A DNA stretch of 34,714 nt from a virus (Duplodnaviria; Heunggongvirae; Uroviricota; Caudoviricetes), in the IMG/VR virus record IMGVR_UViG_2740892487_000001. The stretch is one strand, 5' to 3'. Positions 33,796-34,714 of the stretch are shown piece by piece. The first letter of the stretch is position 1, and the number at the start of each line of letters is the position of its first letter. Below the pieces are notes generated by a model. That model was not told the DNA's origin, did not search any database, and saw only the letters and a program-made list of their open reading frames with translations. Position numbers and translations under genes: made by a program.

Positions 33796-33822
33796 CCCGG
33801 CCACAGAGCCGGGTTTTCTTTG
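33796..33822 (+). terminator. Intrinsic terminator ending the cI operon (t_imm-like)
   Basis: CCCGGC-cacaga-GCCGGG followed by TTTTCTTTG. Confidence 0.75.
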
Positions 33823-33973
33823 CCTCACGATCCCCCTCACCCAAGAACACATAACCAATTGTATCTATTTGAAAATAAATAGATACAACTCACTAAACAT
33901 AGCAGTTCAGATCTCTCACCTACCAAACAATGCACCCCTGCAAAAAATAAATTCATATAAAAAAACATACAGA

Positions 33974-34037
33974 TAACCATCTGCGGTGATGAATTATCTC
34001 TAGCGGTGTTGACATAAATACCACTGGCGGTGATACT
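33974..34037 (+). promoter_or_regulatory. OL3-OL2-OL1 operators and pL promoter
   Basis: TAACCATCTGCGGTGAT, TATCTCTAGCGGTGTTG, TACCACTGGCGGTGATA; -35 TTGACA (34009-34014) and -10 GATACT (34032-34037), matching lambda pL as recalled with a few substitutions. Confidence 0.85.
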
Positions 34038-34105
34038 AAACACATCAGCAGGACGCACTACTCACCAGGGCGGTGAATATACAACGATTCAAATATGAAT
34101 CTACG

Positions 34106-34120
34106 GCGCTGACAAAGCGC
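34106..34120 (+). promoter_or_regulatory. nutL boxB hairpin (P22 type)
   Basis: GCGCTGACAAAGCGC between pL and the N-like gene. Confidence 0.65.
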
Positions 34121-34248
34121 AATAACCAAAGTGAACTTTGGGGTGAATGCAGAAGCTAACCTTCTCGGCGGAGGCGCTTTGCAATGATTACGCTACCGGA
34201 GTTAGTCGCCCGGCTGTATTCACCGCCAAAGTTCACCAGGAGGTCTAT

Positions 34249-34632
34249 ATGACACGCAGAACTCAGTTCAAAGGCAATTCACGTTCTCGTCGTCGTGAGC
34301 GTTTAAAGGCAAAGGCATTAGCTAACGGCGTACTGGCCCGCGAAGAAGCAATAAGTTCAGAAGTATTACACCGCCCTACTCTAAGCAGAGCGCAGATTCA
34401 GGCTAAAGGTACTCACGAAACGCCTGAGCGCATAGAAGACGCTAAGCCAATTAAGTTCATGGCACAGGACGTGATCTGGCAACAGAAAGAATACAGACGC
34501 AATCTGGAGAGAGCGGCCATTGTGTACGCGAATGAGTTTGGACATAAGCAACCAGAAACTGGTGTATGTCTTCCAAATGTAGCTCTTTACGCAGCAGGAT
34601 ACCGGAAATCAAAACAACTGACGGCGAGATGA
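34249..34632 (+). CDS. N-family antiterminator (P22 gene 24-like C-terminus, not lambda N)
   Basis: AGGAGG 6 nt before the ATG; arginine-rich motif GNSRSRRRERLKAKALA; C-terminus LPNVALYAAGYRKSKQLTAR resembles P22 gp24 as recalled. Confidence 0.7.
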   Translation: MTRRTQFKGNSRSRRRERLKAKALANGVLAREEAISSEVLHRPTLSRAQIQAKGTHETPERIEDAKPIKFMAQDVIWQQKEYRRNLERAAIVYANEFGHKQPETGVCLPNVALYAAGYRKSKQLTAR

Positions 34633-34714
34633 CTTGTGTTGGTCGCCAGAAGCAACGCGGAAAATCAATTCCAGCTTATTACGATTGAGGTGAGCCATGC
34701 TCAAGAAAGTCAAA

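Overview
This window is a mosaic lambdoid prophage segment, reversed relative to the standard lambda map. From left to right: the end of an IS903-type insertion sequence (1-234); an AT-rich OafA-like O-acetyltransferase gene (338-2340, +) convergent with a tailspike gene (2401-4348, -); an HNH-AP2 endonuclease; a P22-type immI module (ant, arc, mnt with both operators); an AT-rich gene coupled to mnt and a sieA-like membrane protein; a complete P22/Sf6-like morphogenesis block on the minus strand (gp16, gp20, gp7, gp14, gp26, gp10, gp4, coat, scaffold, portal, large and small terminase); lambda-type lysis genes (S, R, Rz/Rz1); pR'/6S RNA/tR' and Q; a nin region (ninH, rusA, ybcO-like, Rha-type antirepressor, ninF, ninX-like, ninE, ninB); a DnaB-like helicase and a replication initiator with internal ori iterons; cII, nutR, cro, OR, and a lambda-like cI; then, in the position lambda uses for rexAB, a KilA-N gene plus a downstream gene; t_imm, OL/pL, a P22-type nutL boxB and an N-like antiterminator. 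Protein identifications rest on my recollection of lambda, P22 and IS903 sequences, not on a database search. Many genes (acetyltransferase, tailspike, HNH, sieA-like, gp16, terminase large subunit, antirepressor, helicase, cro, cI, the rex-position gene) are broken by 1-nt frameshifts sitting at homopolymer runs of 7 or more, which looks more like consensus error than real decay; I annotated them as single genes and flag this. The best candidates for an undescribed function are the two lysogen-expressed cargo cassettes: the KilA-N cassette at the rex position and the AT-rich gene coupled to mnt.
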